A stretch of 64,000 nucleotides of DNA. It comes from Balanoglossus misakiensis (Eukaryota; Animalia; Hemichordata). The notes beneath the pieces were generated by a model. The model saw only the letters and a program-made list of their open reading frames with translations. It had not been told where the DNA came from and searched no databases. The DNA is taken from NCBI GenBank assembly GCA_040954595.2, contig CM082588.2, positions 3,970,156 through 4,034,155 of the forward strand. The letters are read 5' to 3'. Positions 38,198-51,500 of the stretch are shown here, in pieces. Both the position numbers and the translations under genes were made by a program. Every line of letters starts with the position of its first letter. Positions within the stretch are counted from its first letter, which is position 1.

Positions 38198-40730
38198 ATG
38201 AAATGAAAAGAACGAAGTTCGACAGACAATGCATTTTCGATGAGGTGCCGGCCTCTTCTGGAACACACGCCTGGCCATTTAACGCTCTTACTGCCAATTT
38301 CGCGCCATATTCTGTAATGACACTTTGGTACTTAGGAGGCAGACGACTGTGAATATCATGACATTTTTAATGCACAGGCGACAACGCACAACCAATTAAT
38401 AGCTTTCAAAGCTGTCAACGTTTTTCCTCGAGACCTCATCGACGTCAAGGAATTAACATATATTGTCACTCATCATTTTGTTATGAAGCTACCTTCTGTT
38501 GAGGTAAACGCTCCGTCCACATAAGTCATAATCAATATTCCAGACTGTATGTTGTATATATTGACTGATGGCTTGAAGGGATACATTTTGAAATCGTTCA
38601 ATATACAAGAACGCAACAGTGATACAGTCTTAATGTTCCGAAATGAGCTTATGTTTACGACAGGCCATTAAACCCGGATGCTGGCATATCCGCGAATGAA
38701 TGATATGCCTAATGATTTCGAGGAAGGTTGGTGGAGCTTGTCTCGTCCGTTGTTGATATCAAAACAGAAAGATAAACGCAGTCAGAGATCCACGAAGTCA
38801 AACTAGAATACATCATGCAGATAATCCCCTTGAAATTACATAGGTCTCACGTGACACACGTGCTTCACAAATCCATACATCAATGTATATGAGCAAACCA
38901 GAAGTTTTTGTCACATTCTAAAATGAAAACTGATTTAGAAACGTTTGAAATCGAGTAATTCTTCAGTAATTCGCAAATGTGCTACCCGGTTCGACACACT
39001 CAAGAGTAAAGAACCGATGAATTATTCAGGTAATTCAGTGAAACGTCTCGGAAGGGCTGTTCGCAAAGGTTACGGCGTTCTTGGAACTGTTTTCACCAGT
39101 TTGGAAAGAACGTTGACGAAATAATTGACCAATCACAAGCAACCTTGCGAGAACGTTCTTCGAGGGGTGAATGGCCGGGTCGGCATTTCGGTAATATAGC
39201 CGCAGGTGTTAATTATATCGACAATTTCCAAAGGTTCAACAACATTACATGGTAATTAGAGCGTGAGATTCAGATTTCTTCCCGCTAACGGCTGTTGCCA
39301 TTATCTAGACTACGAAAGTATGCCAACGCCCATGCCGAGATATTTACAGCCAGATGTCAGCCAATAATAACCGCGATTATAATTTCTATAAAAGTCAAGA
39401 AAACAATGAGAATTGAGAACAAAACAGCCACCTTACCACCTGCACATTTTTTCAACACCATGATTCTCATCGTTTGAAATTCACTCGTCAGTGCTCAAAC
39501 TGTCAGAATGTTTCTTTGTCTCGATAAGTTGTATCAAATCGTACAAAGGAGAAAAATGATGCCAAAACATGGCGGATTGTCCCTTAATCATACGCAAAAT
39601 GCAATCTTTATCCCCGTTGATTACTTTTGTCACACAACCTCTAGTAATCCATCTAAGAAGAGCATTGCGCCAACGACCATACATTACCTAACATTTTCTA
39701 CCGAATAAATCCATCACCCAGGAGATTTGACTGCGATCCTTCTCGGAAATTAATCTGGCGATTGTTATAAAAGTAAACCTCCCAAGGGGTGTGATTACTC
39801 GCGGAAAACATTTTCCAATTTCTAGGGTTATTTGGGCGTTTTGTGAGCAACAAGTGAACAGCTGCTGGCTTTTCCATCCTACGTTCTATACATCTAGATG
39901 GCCATGTCTTTAATTGTCTTCCCGAAGCACTATTGTACTATTCTGCACTTTAGAAGGTCATTTCATTGCCTAGATCTATACTCTTATTACAGGAGTACGT
40001 GATTGTTTAGACTTTGCCCGTTGTCTGATAATACAAGTAAGAATTTCACCTTACCCAGTAATCAAGTTTTATCAAATTGTGATCTAGATAAGGAAACCAG
40101 TCCCTGTATTTTGTGCAAGGAGGCCATTCACTATATACATTAATAGAACATTCTGAAACTGGGACGTTATTGTTAACGAGACTGCAGAAAACAGATAAAA
40201 CTGACATGTGTTACCCACGTGAACAATGCTATCACGTGTTGATCATGGTGTTACACCTTACCATGAGTGATCGCGGCTGTAAAAGGGAACATATCAAGGG
40301 GTTAGACATTCGTCAGATCCATCAACGTCAACATGCCACAACGCTCTTTATGAGCACATCCAATGCAATTGTTATAATCATTGTATATTCCTCAGCGTAG
40401 AATTATTATTAATTTTGTAATTAAGTGTTGGACATCTCACAAAAGATGATCGAAGAAGCAAATTTTTACGTAAAATTATGATACAATCTGGCCTGACAAC
40501 CCCATTTTATAGCACTAACATCCTTTGGGTTTGTGCCGCATTTATTTATGACAGTAAGGTTATGGGAGCAGGGTCTGTATTAATTGGTATCTGTCTGCAC
40601 AGCATTCACTCGGGTGGCCTGCTGCGCTCATAGCATAAAGTTTACAGTGCCTTCGATTCATATTATTACCCGCGATAGTTACATTATCCGCGCGAGCTCT
40701 TCAGAATGTGTTAGCATAGCAACATTCCAA

Positions 40731-40792
40731 CACCACCACCCTATCATCATCATCATCACCACCACCACCACCACCACCATCACCATCATCAC

Positions 40793-40856
<64 letters not shown>
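40731..40856. repeat. Compound (CAT)n/(CAC)n trinucleotide microsatellite
   Basis: Directly visible. Confidence 0.95.
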
Positions 40857-43800
40857 CAGCTGGCGTTTGAGCCGAAAAGGTCAGCCCAGGTAAATGTTTT
40901 CGAATGGCACTTCATCACGCGGCCAGACTCTCGAACCCAAAGAGACAACTCTTACTTCTGTGCAAACTGAAAATTCCAGAGTTCTGCGGCGATAAGTAAA
41001 TTGATACAATCACCACTTAGCGGCCACTCAGCAACAATGCAGAAATGTGCTTCACTTGTCAAATTCGATGGCATTCAAATCTTAAAAGAACGTCCTGATT
41101 GCTCCTTCGCGTACTCTAACTGACACCTTCTAAGTTGGAAAAGAAAGCCAAGTAATGATTTCTTCGATTCATCGGTCTTTCCGAGTGCCAGAAAACTATT
41201 AAGGGTCAAATTCACTTTCTTTTGATGTACAAGGTGGCACCCAATTTTCAATGCCAGTAGACAAAGGGCTGCGATTGGCTTCCCAGTCACGTGTTCATTG
41301 ATAACTTCAAAGCCCATGGGCTTTTCATAGTCACCGGCGCGAATGATTGCCACAAGTCCACGCGGAGCTTTTTATCTCAATAACCGGTTTTTGAGGTTAC
41401 GCAGCTAGGCGAGAAGATGACAGGTATTCGAAATGCGTGTTCTTTTCAAGCTTGCAAGATTGCTTTGTCGAACAGGAGACCCTAATGCTCGTACGAAAGA
41501 AAAGTCTACTGTATTCCTGAATTCCCTGGGAAATGGATGAGCATTGAAGCGTCTTCCTCTTCCGTTTGAGGTCAAGGCGTAGAGGAAAAGGGCGTTTTGC
41601 AGACTGAACTACGGGAGATTCGAGTGACATGTCAGTCTAAAAGACTGGAAAATACGTTTAAAAATCTGACACGTTCCGCATTTCCTTTGTTGAGCAATGT
41701 TGACGTTATTTATATCCAGTCGTGCATCTGCGTCCTTGCATATTAGAAGATATGTCTAGCCCGTATGATGAGTGGGATATTTCAATGAATTTTAATGAGT
41801 AATGGTGACATGACATTGCGCCTGGATAGCGGGCTAGCGGCAGAAATGAAACGAAGTATCATCGATGATATACGGCGCTGAAATTACACGTCTTTGCGTC
41901 CGATCACTATCCCTTTCCCCTTAGAGCCGTACGAGAAGATGAACGACCCCCACTTGCTCCCCCCCCCCCCCAGGCCGACGACACTTTCTGGCATCGCCTC
42001 CTATCATCCCGGAGGTCGATGAGTTCACTAACGGTAAATAGAAGCTGTGGTTATAAGCAACCAAACGACAGTGCTAAAAATGGTATTGCCTAGCGGTTTG
42101 TGTATCTTTCTTGGACATTTGGCTTCTTTTCTTTTTCCGTTTGTCCATGGGTTTGTTGTTTGAATGTGTAACTCAGGATTTCGACGGTTAGTTTCAGATT
42201 TTGAGTCCATATGGGTCTCCGAGTCGCTAATGATGACATATATATATTCATTTCGAAAAATAGGAGCGGTAACATCTAAGTGCATAATCGATCAGAGTCA
42301 AGAGAATGGTGACAAAATCCGCTTTCATTGAAACCTCCTACATTCATAACAAGCATAATTAACCACCTGGATATGTTTTCAAGAAAATTTCACTTTAATC
42401 TGTGAAGTGGAGTAGTGTAAATTACGAGGAAACTTTGGCGGACAAAAAACAAATTGGCCTTTAATAAATCAAGAAAGGCCAATAATTGTTATTTACTTTG
42501 CTTTCCCCGAGAGATACGTGCCTAAATTGAAAGATCAGAGGTTTAGTTTTTTCAGAACAACACAATTAAGATTTTGTCAACACCTTCCCGACAATATCAA
42601 GTAAACGCTTCCTTCAATTGAATGTAAACAGGATAATATCTACGATTTACGTTTGACAGAGCGGCGTCACAGGCATGCGCGCGGCATCCCTAATGACGGA
42701 ACAAGACGCACATTAATAAAAATAACAACGAAAGCTAATGAGATACGTATATGGGTATTAGTGTAATTGTGATGTTATTCGATGGCGTGACAGACATACT
42801 GCAACACGGAACAACGGTTCTGATAAATATTATTTGTTTGTTTGCTTGTTTTGTCTTGTAGATATTTCAAAATGCTAAGGGCTGGGGTTCCTTCGTGTAT
42901 AGCTACCATTTTTTAGCACTGTCGTTTGGTCCAACGGTGTAACTGACTTCACCTTAAGGTTATTGTTTACGTAAACACAATTCAAATTTATGCCATATGT
43001 TGTCGCATTTGGGTTTTATATAAACCATCTATCTGTTAAAAGCCTTTAATACCGGTCCCTGATTAACGCCGTATGTGAAAAGATGACTGATAACGGAGGT
43101 AATCTCCACATAATTTGTCATCTTTATGAGCAGGACCATTTAAAGTTTATAATTATACACGCTACATATGAGCCGATGCCACATTGAACCACTCAGTATG
43201 TCTTTGCGATATATGACAGACGTGCATAAAATATTCATGTCCATTTTTTACGCCGTCGTCCATTCTGGTGTCAAGCCGAAGACGTATCTCCGACGCATCA
43301 CCGCGGAGATACGAGTAGGCTAATTGGGCTATTTATCTGGTAACTCCATCGTTCCACTTCCATGCACCTGAATTCTCAATCCCAAATCCATTCAGGCGCC
43401 GTTCCTTATAGACACGAAAATGTGCGCACACATATCGATAAGGCCATATCTATTCCGGCAGCAAGCATTTCAACCTATGAGTTTTTGGTTTGTCTGTTTG
43501 ATTTTTCACTTCTCACAATTCTCAGTTTGGTGGAGCGTTTATTCATTATGACCATGCAGACTCTACGGAAAACGTTCACCGTGTTTCAACCGACACTAAG
43601 TTCAGTAAACCCATGCGCAAGAGCAAAGGCTCTGGAAGATTGCTCCGAAGTGATCCTGCAAGCACCAATTCACAAAGATCTCTACAGATAGCGCCGATCA
43701 GATATAATGACAGGTTGGAGAGTGACGCAAACGGGTTAACTTATTCTTTTCACGCGTACTACCTGAGAGCGAGGACTTATAGCGTCGTCGGACGTGCACC

Positions 43801-45178
43801 GGAGTACAAAAAACTCATTAACGATTAAAAAAGCATCCTAACGCAACGTCCTTCATGCTTTTTACGACAGTAGAATTTTTTTCAAAAGTAAGAGAAAAAT
43901 ACGCCGATACAAAACACACAATAACGAGACGGAGATATTTCCCACATTTGCGATATTAATAAATATGCGTGCGAATTCATATAGAAAACGGTTCTAAAAT
44001 ACACATGTACAAATCGCTACCTATGAATAGAAGGTATATCCGTATCGGTACAAAATTCCTCGTGACAAATATTTTAAGCTCGATATTGTTTACGTGTTGC
44101 TTTGCATTCTATACATATGTACAACACCGTTGTTTTGTTTAACTTATACGACGATGTGTTTAACAATATCTGTAATAATTTTTTTTTTAAAGCGAGGGAC
44201 TGCATACAATGCTGTGTAGCTTAAAATAGTTTATTTTACTGTATATGAACACCGTATAACAAAACAGCGGTAGTATAAAAATAATAAATTTAATACATTT
44301 TCATCGGGGTATTATTTAGGGTTACTATATTTTTTTTCTGCTTTGTCTTAACTATCATATCCATCTGTGCTTGCAGAGGGCGTGTTCATGAAAAGGTGAC
44401 GATAACCGGCATTATCGTCGCAAGGATGCGAACACAGGCCTTCTTTCGCTGTAGTCGGATAAATACTAAGTTATATCAAGGCAAAGGAGTCTGGGGTTTA
44501 TACATGGGCAAAGTTCCGAGCTCGAGGAAAGAAGCTACCAATTTAAATCCATCTCTTTTAACCAGCCGTCTCCAAGTTATTCAATTTTCTGCGATACATG
44601 TAAAGCTACATGTCATGAAACGAGATAATGAACAAATTGTGTTGCAGCTCTAATGTACATTTTGCGTAATCTTTCTCAAGTAGTCTGCCTGTGTCCGCGC
44701 ACCATGCCAGTTAACAGCATGTGATATTTTCCATATGGTCCTAACAGACACATTACTCTTTAATGGAATAGGTGCGTCACATACAAAACTAATTCAGGGG
44801 CTCGTGGGCCTAGATGGAAATTTATTTGAACATTGTTATTTACTTAGCGCATCGCATCGACAGAAATGTCAGTTATCATCACGCCGAATTGTTCCTTTTC
44901 ATGTCCCCTTGTAATACAGCGTTAGTTTAGAAATGCAATACTCACCACGTCGCACAGTGGCACGCGATTATACTGCACACGAGAATTTCGTTTTAAGCAA
45001 CGTTCACACTTACTCAGCCTATCCTCGCAGACTTTTTTGAAACACCGTTATGCTACGCTTTTCTAGAAAAAAAGTGGCACGCTTAACTGCATAGAAACGG
45101 TGACAGAACGCGAGGTACGAGAATGAGATATTCGGCTCAAAACGCATTCAAAGTTATGAAAGTAAAGTTCAGCTGCAG

Positions 45179-46865
45179 ACACTTGGCTTTATGGAGATGT
45201 ATGCTAGTGAGGGTTTCTATGTTACCTGTGTCTGTACATGTTACCTGTGTCTGTATATGTTACCTGTACCTGTGTCTGTATATGTTACCTGTCTGTACAC
45301 TTGGCTTTATGGAGATGTATGCTAGTGAGGGTTTCTATGTTACCTGTGTCTGTACATGTTACCTGTGTCTGTACATGTTACCTGTCTGTACACTTGGCTT
45401 TATGGAGATGTATGCTAGTGAGGGTTTCTATGTTACCTGTGTCTGTACATGTTACCTGTGTCTGTACATGTTACCTGTCTGTACACTTGGCTTTATGGAG
45501 ATGTATGCTAGTGAGGGTTTCTATGTTACCTGTGTCTGTACATGTTACCTGTCTGTACACTTGGCTTTATGGAGATGTATGCTAGTGAGGGTTTCTATGT
45601 TACCTGTGTCTGTACATGTTACCTGTGTCTGTACATGTTACCTGTCTGTACACTTGGCTTTATGGAGATGTATGCTAGTGAGGGTTTCTATGTTACCTGT
45701 GTCTGTACATGTTACCTGTGTCTGTACATGTTACCTGTCTGTACACTTGGCTTTATGGAGATGTATGCTAGCGAGGGTTTCTATATTACCTGTGTCTGTA
45801 CATGTTACCTGTGTCTGTACATGTTACCTGTCTTTACACTTGGCTTTATGGAGATGTATGGTAGTGAGGGTTTCTATATTACCTGTGTCTGTACATGTTA
45901 CCTGTGTCTGTACATGTTACCTGTCTGTACACTTGGCTTTATGGAGATGTATGGTAGTGAGGGTTTCTATATTACCTGTGTCTGTACATGTTACCTGTGT
46001 CTGTACATGTTACCTGTCTGTACACTTGGCTTTATGGAGATGTATGCTAGTGAGGGTTTCTATGTTACCTGTGTCTGTACATGTTACCTGTGTCTGTACA
46101 TGTTACCTGTCTGTACACTTGGCTTTATGGAGATGTATGCTAGTGAGGGTTTCTATGTTACCTGTGTCTGTACATGTTACCTGTGTCTGTACATGTTACC
46201 TGTCTGTACACTTGGCTTTATGGAGATGTATGCTAGTGAGGGTTTCTGTGTTACCTGTGTCTGTACATGTTACCTGTGTCTGTACATGTTACCTGTCTGT
46301 ACACTTGGCTTTATGGAGATGTATGCTAGTGAGGGTTTCTATGTTACCTGTGTCTGTACATGTTACCTGTGTCTGTACATGTTACCTGTGTCTGTACATG
46401 TTACCTGTCTGTACACTTGGCTTTGTGGAGATGTATGCTAGTGAGGGTTTCTATGTTACCTGTGTCTGTACATGTTACCTGTGTCTGTACATGTTACCTG
46501 TCTGTACACTTGGCTTTGTGGAGATGTATGCTAGTGAGGGTTTCTATGTTACCTGTGTCTGTACATGTTACCTGTGTCTGTACATGTTACCTGTCTGTAC
46601 ACTTGGCTTTGTGGAGATGTATGCTAGTGAGGGTTTCTATGTTACCTGTGTCTGTACATGTTACCTGTGTCTGTACATGTTACCTGTCTGTACACTTGGC
46701 TTTATGGAGATGTATGCTAGTGAGGGTTTCTATGTTACCTGTGTCTGTACATGTTACCTGTGTCTGTACATGTTACCTGTGTCTGTACATGTTACCTGTC
46801 TGTACACTTGGCTTTATGGAGATGTATGCTAGTGAGGATTTCTGTGTTACCTGTGTCTGTACATG
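45179..46865. repeat. Nested minisatellite: 18 units of mostly 93 bp (38-bp head + 19-bp sub-repeats)
   Basis: Head acttggctttatggagatgtatgctagtgagggtttct, then (atgttacctgtgtctgtac)x1-3, then atgttacctgtctgtac. Unit starts at 45181, 45299, 45392, 45485, 45559, 45652 ... 46303, 46415, 46508, 46601, 46694, 46806. Confidence 0.96.
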
Positions 46866-48487
46866 TATATACCATCGATATCATAAATTAAATTAGCGCT
46901 AGAGATCAAGAGTTACTGCATCAAATGTGATGAAACGTTCTAGAGATACTGTCCTCACGTAGCATCGACTATATTGTGATGACTCTTTGCAGGTTTTTTT
47001 CCGCCAAATTTCGTATAAAAAGGGGTTCAGCAAAATTAAATTCCATCCTGTTTTTAGCATATTTATCATACATTTGCTATTATTTTAGCAACACGTTTAG
47101 GTCTATTAAAATAGCATCATATATCCAATCGACGCACGCTATATTAAACGATACACGAGTTATATACGTCAGATCAAGTGGTAACGCTTCGCGTGAACCC
47201 CATTGCCTTGGTTGTGTAACGGTATTACTCACCCCATTGCCTTGGTGGAGTATCGACATTCCGGAAGGCAAAGCATTGAAATGGGCTATTTGCCGTTTAT
47301 ATTGGCTGGAGTGATGACACACAGGCGTCCATTAATTTTCACTGAAGGGCAAGCGTTAGCCTTCGCTAGGTCATAGAAACTATCCCGCGGACTGTTTAAA
47401 TAGACCATAGAATACCTCTCCAATCATAAACACTTTTCATCGTTTGATGACAGCAAATTATCCGCGAGTCAAATATTTCAAAGAGACTGTATCTCGTGTG
47501 AACAAGCCCAAAACGTGTGGGGGTTATACAGCATCTGTTCAGGGATCGTGCATTTTCGGGTTTCTGCTGGAGACATAAAAATCCTTGCATGAAACGCTCA
47601 GAGTCACCGATAACAGCACGCCACTGCATGTAATGAGCCCATGATCTCAACAACTCATGAGCAAATGTCATGTACGGTAATCTAGCTGGCCGGGTCATTT
47701 ATACGAATTCATCAAAACTGTCCACAGTAATTACCTAAACCCCGGCGCGTATGTGTAGCTAAAGACAGAGACAGTCACTGCACTTACCTATGTACGTGCT
47801 CTCTGCAGTATTTCGGATTATCCCAATCCCCAAAATTTCTTTCACGACTTGACTTTGGAACCCCACCACTCTGTACGGCGACAATCCCCTGCAATATTGG
47901 ATTCGCAAGCAACTTTATACCACAGTGCGACACGCACTTTCTATGAGCTGGGAGTGAGCACTTCAAATGTATAGGCGAGGAGTGGCTGTTACCGTATTCA
48001 GTACGCATGCGTTTGTTCTTTATTTATGAAAAACACGTCACCAAAGAGGGGGGGGGGGGTGACTGGAGGAGAGAAATATTATCAAACCCAGACAAATGTT
48101 ATTAAATTTAACTCGATTTGTCAGCGGTTTTAACGTAGAATGGTTTTATCAACGAATATGCACCCTAGTGTACGTGTACAAACTGTATGTATCAACACAT
48201 GTGTAAAAGAATACGAAGACACAGAATGCAGTGAGCATACATGTATGGTCCTTGAAGAAACAGGGTTGTTTTTCCTGGCAGTTTCTCAATTGGTAAACGC
48301 GTGGAAATCAAATTTCAAACTATACCCGAACCTTTCAACGCCGAAAGGAGCAATTTAATTTCCAATAGCCTCTTCTCTGCCTCGTATTTCAATTTTCAAT
48401 TAATGTCGTCTGTTGACGTCCTTGCCAGTGTTCTTACTTGGAAACCGAGGCCGGTGTGTTTCTAAGGAAGAGCAAAATTCACTGAAG

Positions 48488-48493
48488 CATCAC

Positions 48494-48564
<71 letters not shown>

Positions 48565-48576
48565 CCACCACCACCA
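48488..48576. repeat. (CAT)n microsatellite with (CAC) tail
   Basis: Directly visible. Confidence 0.95.
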
Positions 48577-51500
48577 ACAGCGACTGCATAATCAACATAT
48601 TTCCATTACAAAAAACAGCAGCAGAAAAAATTCACAGCCAAGACATAAAATCGGCATACCAGAACACATTTTAGGGTTATACAAATCTTTACATGATCGC
48701 TGTCTTGGGCATATCTCCAAATTGCTTAAGGGTATTTCATATAGTCTATTATGACATCAGAGGCCATCGTTACAATGTTTACAAAAGAATGCTTATCTCA
48801 CATTTCTTTTCTTCACCGTAAATGGCCCATGGCCTCGTGTAACGTAATACTGCCCACTGGCGTTACATGTAAGATATAAAATACTGAATTTGAAGGCCTC
48901 CACAGTAAAATCTTATCCCGGGGTGTGCGTGTTGTAGTTTACAATAGTACTTGTACACTGCGTCCACATCTAGTGCTAATGACCGACCCATGCAGTGGCG
49001 GGTCTCTATTAATATTATCTGTTCTGTATTACACGCGTACAAAGGCCCACTTCGTACATATATAGGAACATATTTTAATAATTGTATCACTCACTTAGTG
49101 TAATCAGCACTTTTGTCGGTCACAAATCACATATTTCCTTGTGTTTAATTTGGTTTATAATGAGAAAAAAACGAGTCTGCAATCGTCCGTGGGTTACAAA
49201 TGGTCTATTATGGATACAAAGGTGGTACTATACTTCTGTAATATAACATGACACTAACAAGTCAGTGGCAATGATTCAATTATGTGGAGAGAAATGACGA
49301 TCACTTTTCCCTAAGTGTGAATGAAATTATTCACATCCTGCATTGACAACCCGGAAGCGCGCAATCCAGATATGTGATTTTCTGAGTGTGGTGACGTTTT
49401 GCTAAACATTGACGTTTCTACTGGAAGACAAGTTTAACGAAGGACGTACTTGAAAGTTCATTTGATCGATATTCTTTCCCCCGAATGATTTTCGCAAAAA
49501 CACGTTCGATACTTCATTTTATGAAAATCGCACGATCACACACTTGCCCAGCCAGAGGCCTTGTTGAAAGTGAGATCGGTTTCTCATATTGTTTGGAGTT
49601 CATTAAAACCTATTCAGAAGCTATCTCTAATAGCACAATCTGTCGCCTGTAAGACTACCAGTCGTCGAGATTGAAGTATTTTTGGCGTTACACTAAAAAG
49701 AGTCGAGAAGTATGCAATTTGAGTATGAGTACAATAAATATCACGGTATCGGATTCCACTTAGTGAGCGTAAGAAATACTAATCTGCAATTGCAATAAAT
49801 GTTTAGTTAGCTCAGTTTCTGTGCGCTGATCTTTAATGGCGACTTAAAAATTTACATAGAGCCCCTCCATTATATGTACATACATATAAAACGTGACAAT
49901 ATCATAGGTGTCTTAGAAGTGATCCTCATTATCTTAAACAAAAACAATTAATAAAAATAACATGCATCAACATACATCATATCTCCACAAACATTTGACC
50001 TTCAGTCTAATCCAATGGTTCGAATGAAGCACATTTTGTTTAATTTTTCATCCCAAACCCAACCGCAGCGGCTGTGACGTAATCACTCTAAACGCTTGCC
50101 TAAAGTGTTATTGAATATGAAATATTCCTGTTTCCTGTTTTAGAATTATGTATAATTTCAATATTTTACTCCCATTCACGAATTGAAGTATAAGGCATAC
50201 CAGCTTAGGACAATAAAACAATTCCTGAATTGCATCTATTATGCATTTTTTGAAAGAATTTCTCTTCTACGGCAGTTTAATAATTGATACTGCATTATTG
50301 TTCTTACTGGCCAGTAATATAGTTTCTTCGCAAGTGTTCTTCCTACAGGTATGAATTAATCAATTATGATCTAACCTTTAAAATTGACTGTATGGTTTTC
50401 AGTTTACGAGGACATTGTGTCTGTTTTCTCTTTGGGCCGCGGCGGTTTCCATCGAACCGACTCCACGTCGTGAAGACGTTTACACAAGTATAGAAAGTCG
50501 ATGATGCTGGATTTTCCTGACGCACGTTCTCACAGTGAATAGAATAAAAACACATTACTAAGAATTCCCCGCGTGTCAAGTATTTTAACTGCTACTTCAC
50601 CGTTTACATCCGATCCTTGTTAGCAGCAAGTCTGAAAGGGTTCGTCATGGAAACCCGTTTGAAGGATTTGCAGAATTAAATGCATAAAGCACGGCAACGC
50701 GTTCTGCGTCACACGCCGGGAGGGAGAAATCTTTCAACAGTATTTTGTTGAGCAAGTCACACGTTATAATGAAACTCGGTGGAAGGCTCTTGCGGAGCAT
50801 GCGCGTTATCGTCACCGACAGTCTCAATTAAAGGGGCATTCGGCTTGATCTGATAGAAGTTTAGAGCAATTGGGATGAATTCCGGGTTCAATCTTTCTCA
50901 TGGTATCGCTGTAGTTTATAATTGCCGTCAAAAGAATAACTCATTTGGACGCTGTAAAATCCAATTTATTTCTGGTATTTAATACTAGTACCAGAAACAC
51001 AATTAGAATTATTCTGGGATAATTGCGCGTGAATTAAACGTTACAAACGAGAGAAATATGGTTTACTTAATGAAACAGTTCACGCAGTTAGAGTTTTGTC
51101 CTTGTTTATTGGAAACAAGATGACAATTACTGCGGCTGCGTGATAGTTTGGAGTCTGCTGCTATTTTGAATTATTTTAACCAAATACAATTATCCCAAAA
51201 TAGTTTCAATCGTGTTCAGAATGCTGGTTATATAGCGACAAAATCTGAACCAAAGATCAAGAACTATCATTTTTGTGTTTCCTTAGCATGATGTCGAACT
51301 CAAATGTAGAGTACATTTGACAAGTCAGTCTATATACATGTATCCATTGCGTTACATGGACTAATTATAATTTCAATACTTTTAATTTAAAACCAAGATG
51401 GCGTCATCTAAGTACCCATAATGCCCTGGGCGATCCCGGGACTGCGATAAAAATATTCCGGTGGTTAGTGTTCTCTCAAATGTTGATATTTATAGTTTGT

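Noticed and set aside
41075-41630. Two adjacent minus-strand ORFs (and similar 60-160 aa ORFs across 15-59 kb)
   Set aside because: No recognisable domain, codon bias or splice-consistent exon chain.
43283-43313. Perfect 10-bp hairpin cgtatctccg-N11-cggagatacg
   Set aside because: About one such stem is expected by chance in 64 kb. It is too short for a pre-miRNA and no Helitron CTAG end follows.
45123-46896. 569-aa Cys-rich ORF and CRISPR-like look of the array
   Set aside because: The ORFs arise because the 93-bp unit lacks stops in two frames, and the frame switches at the 74/112-bp units. The 'spacers' are near-identical, there are no cas genes, and the context is eukaryotic.
48413-48754. 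Poly-His ORF (likewise the poly-Ile/Thr/Met ORFs at 40584-40970)
   Set aside because: Translations of (CAT)n/(CAC)n microsatellites with non-ATG starts and no splice support.
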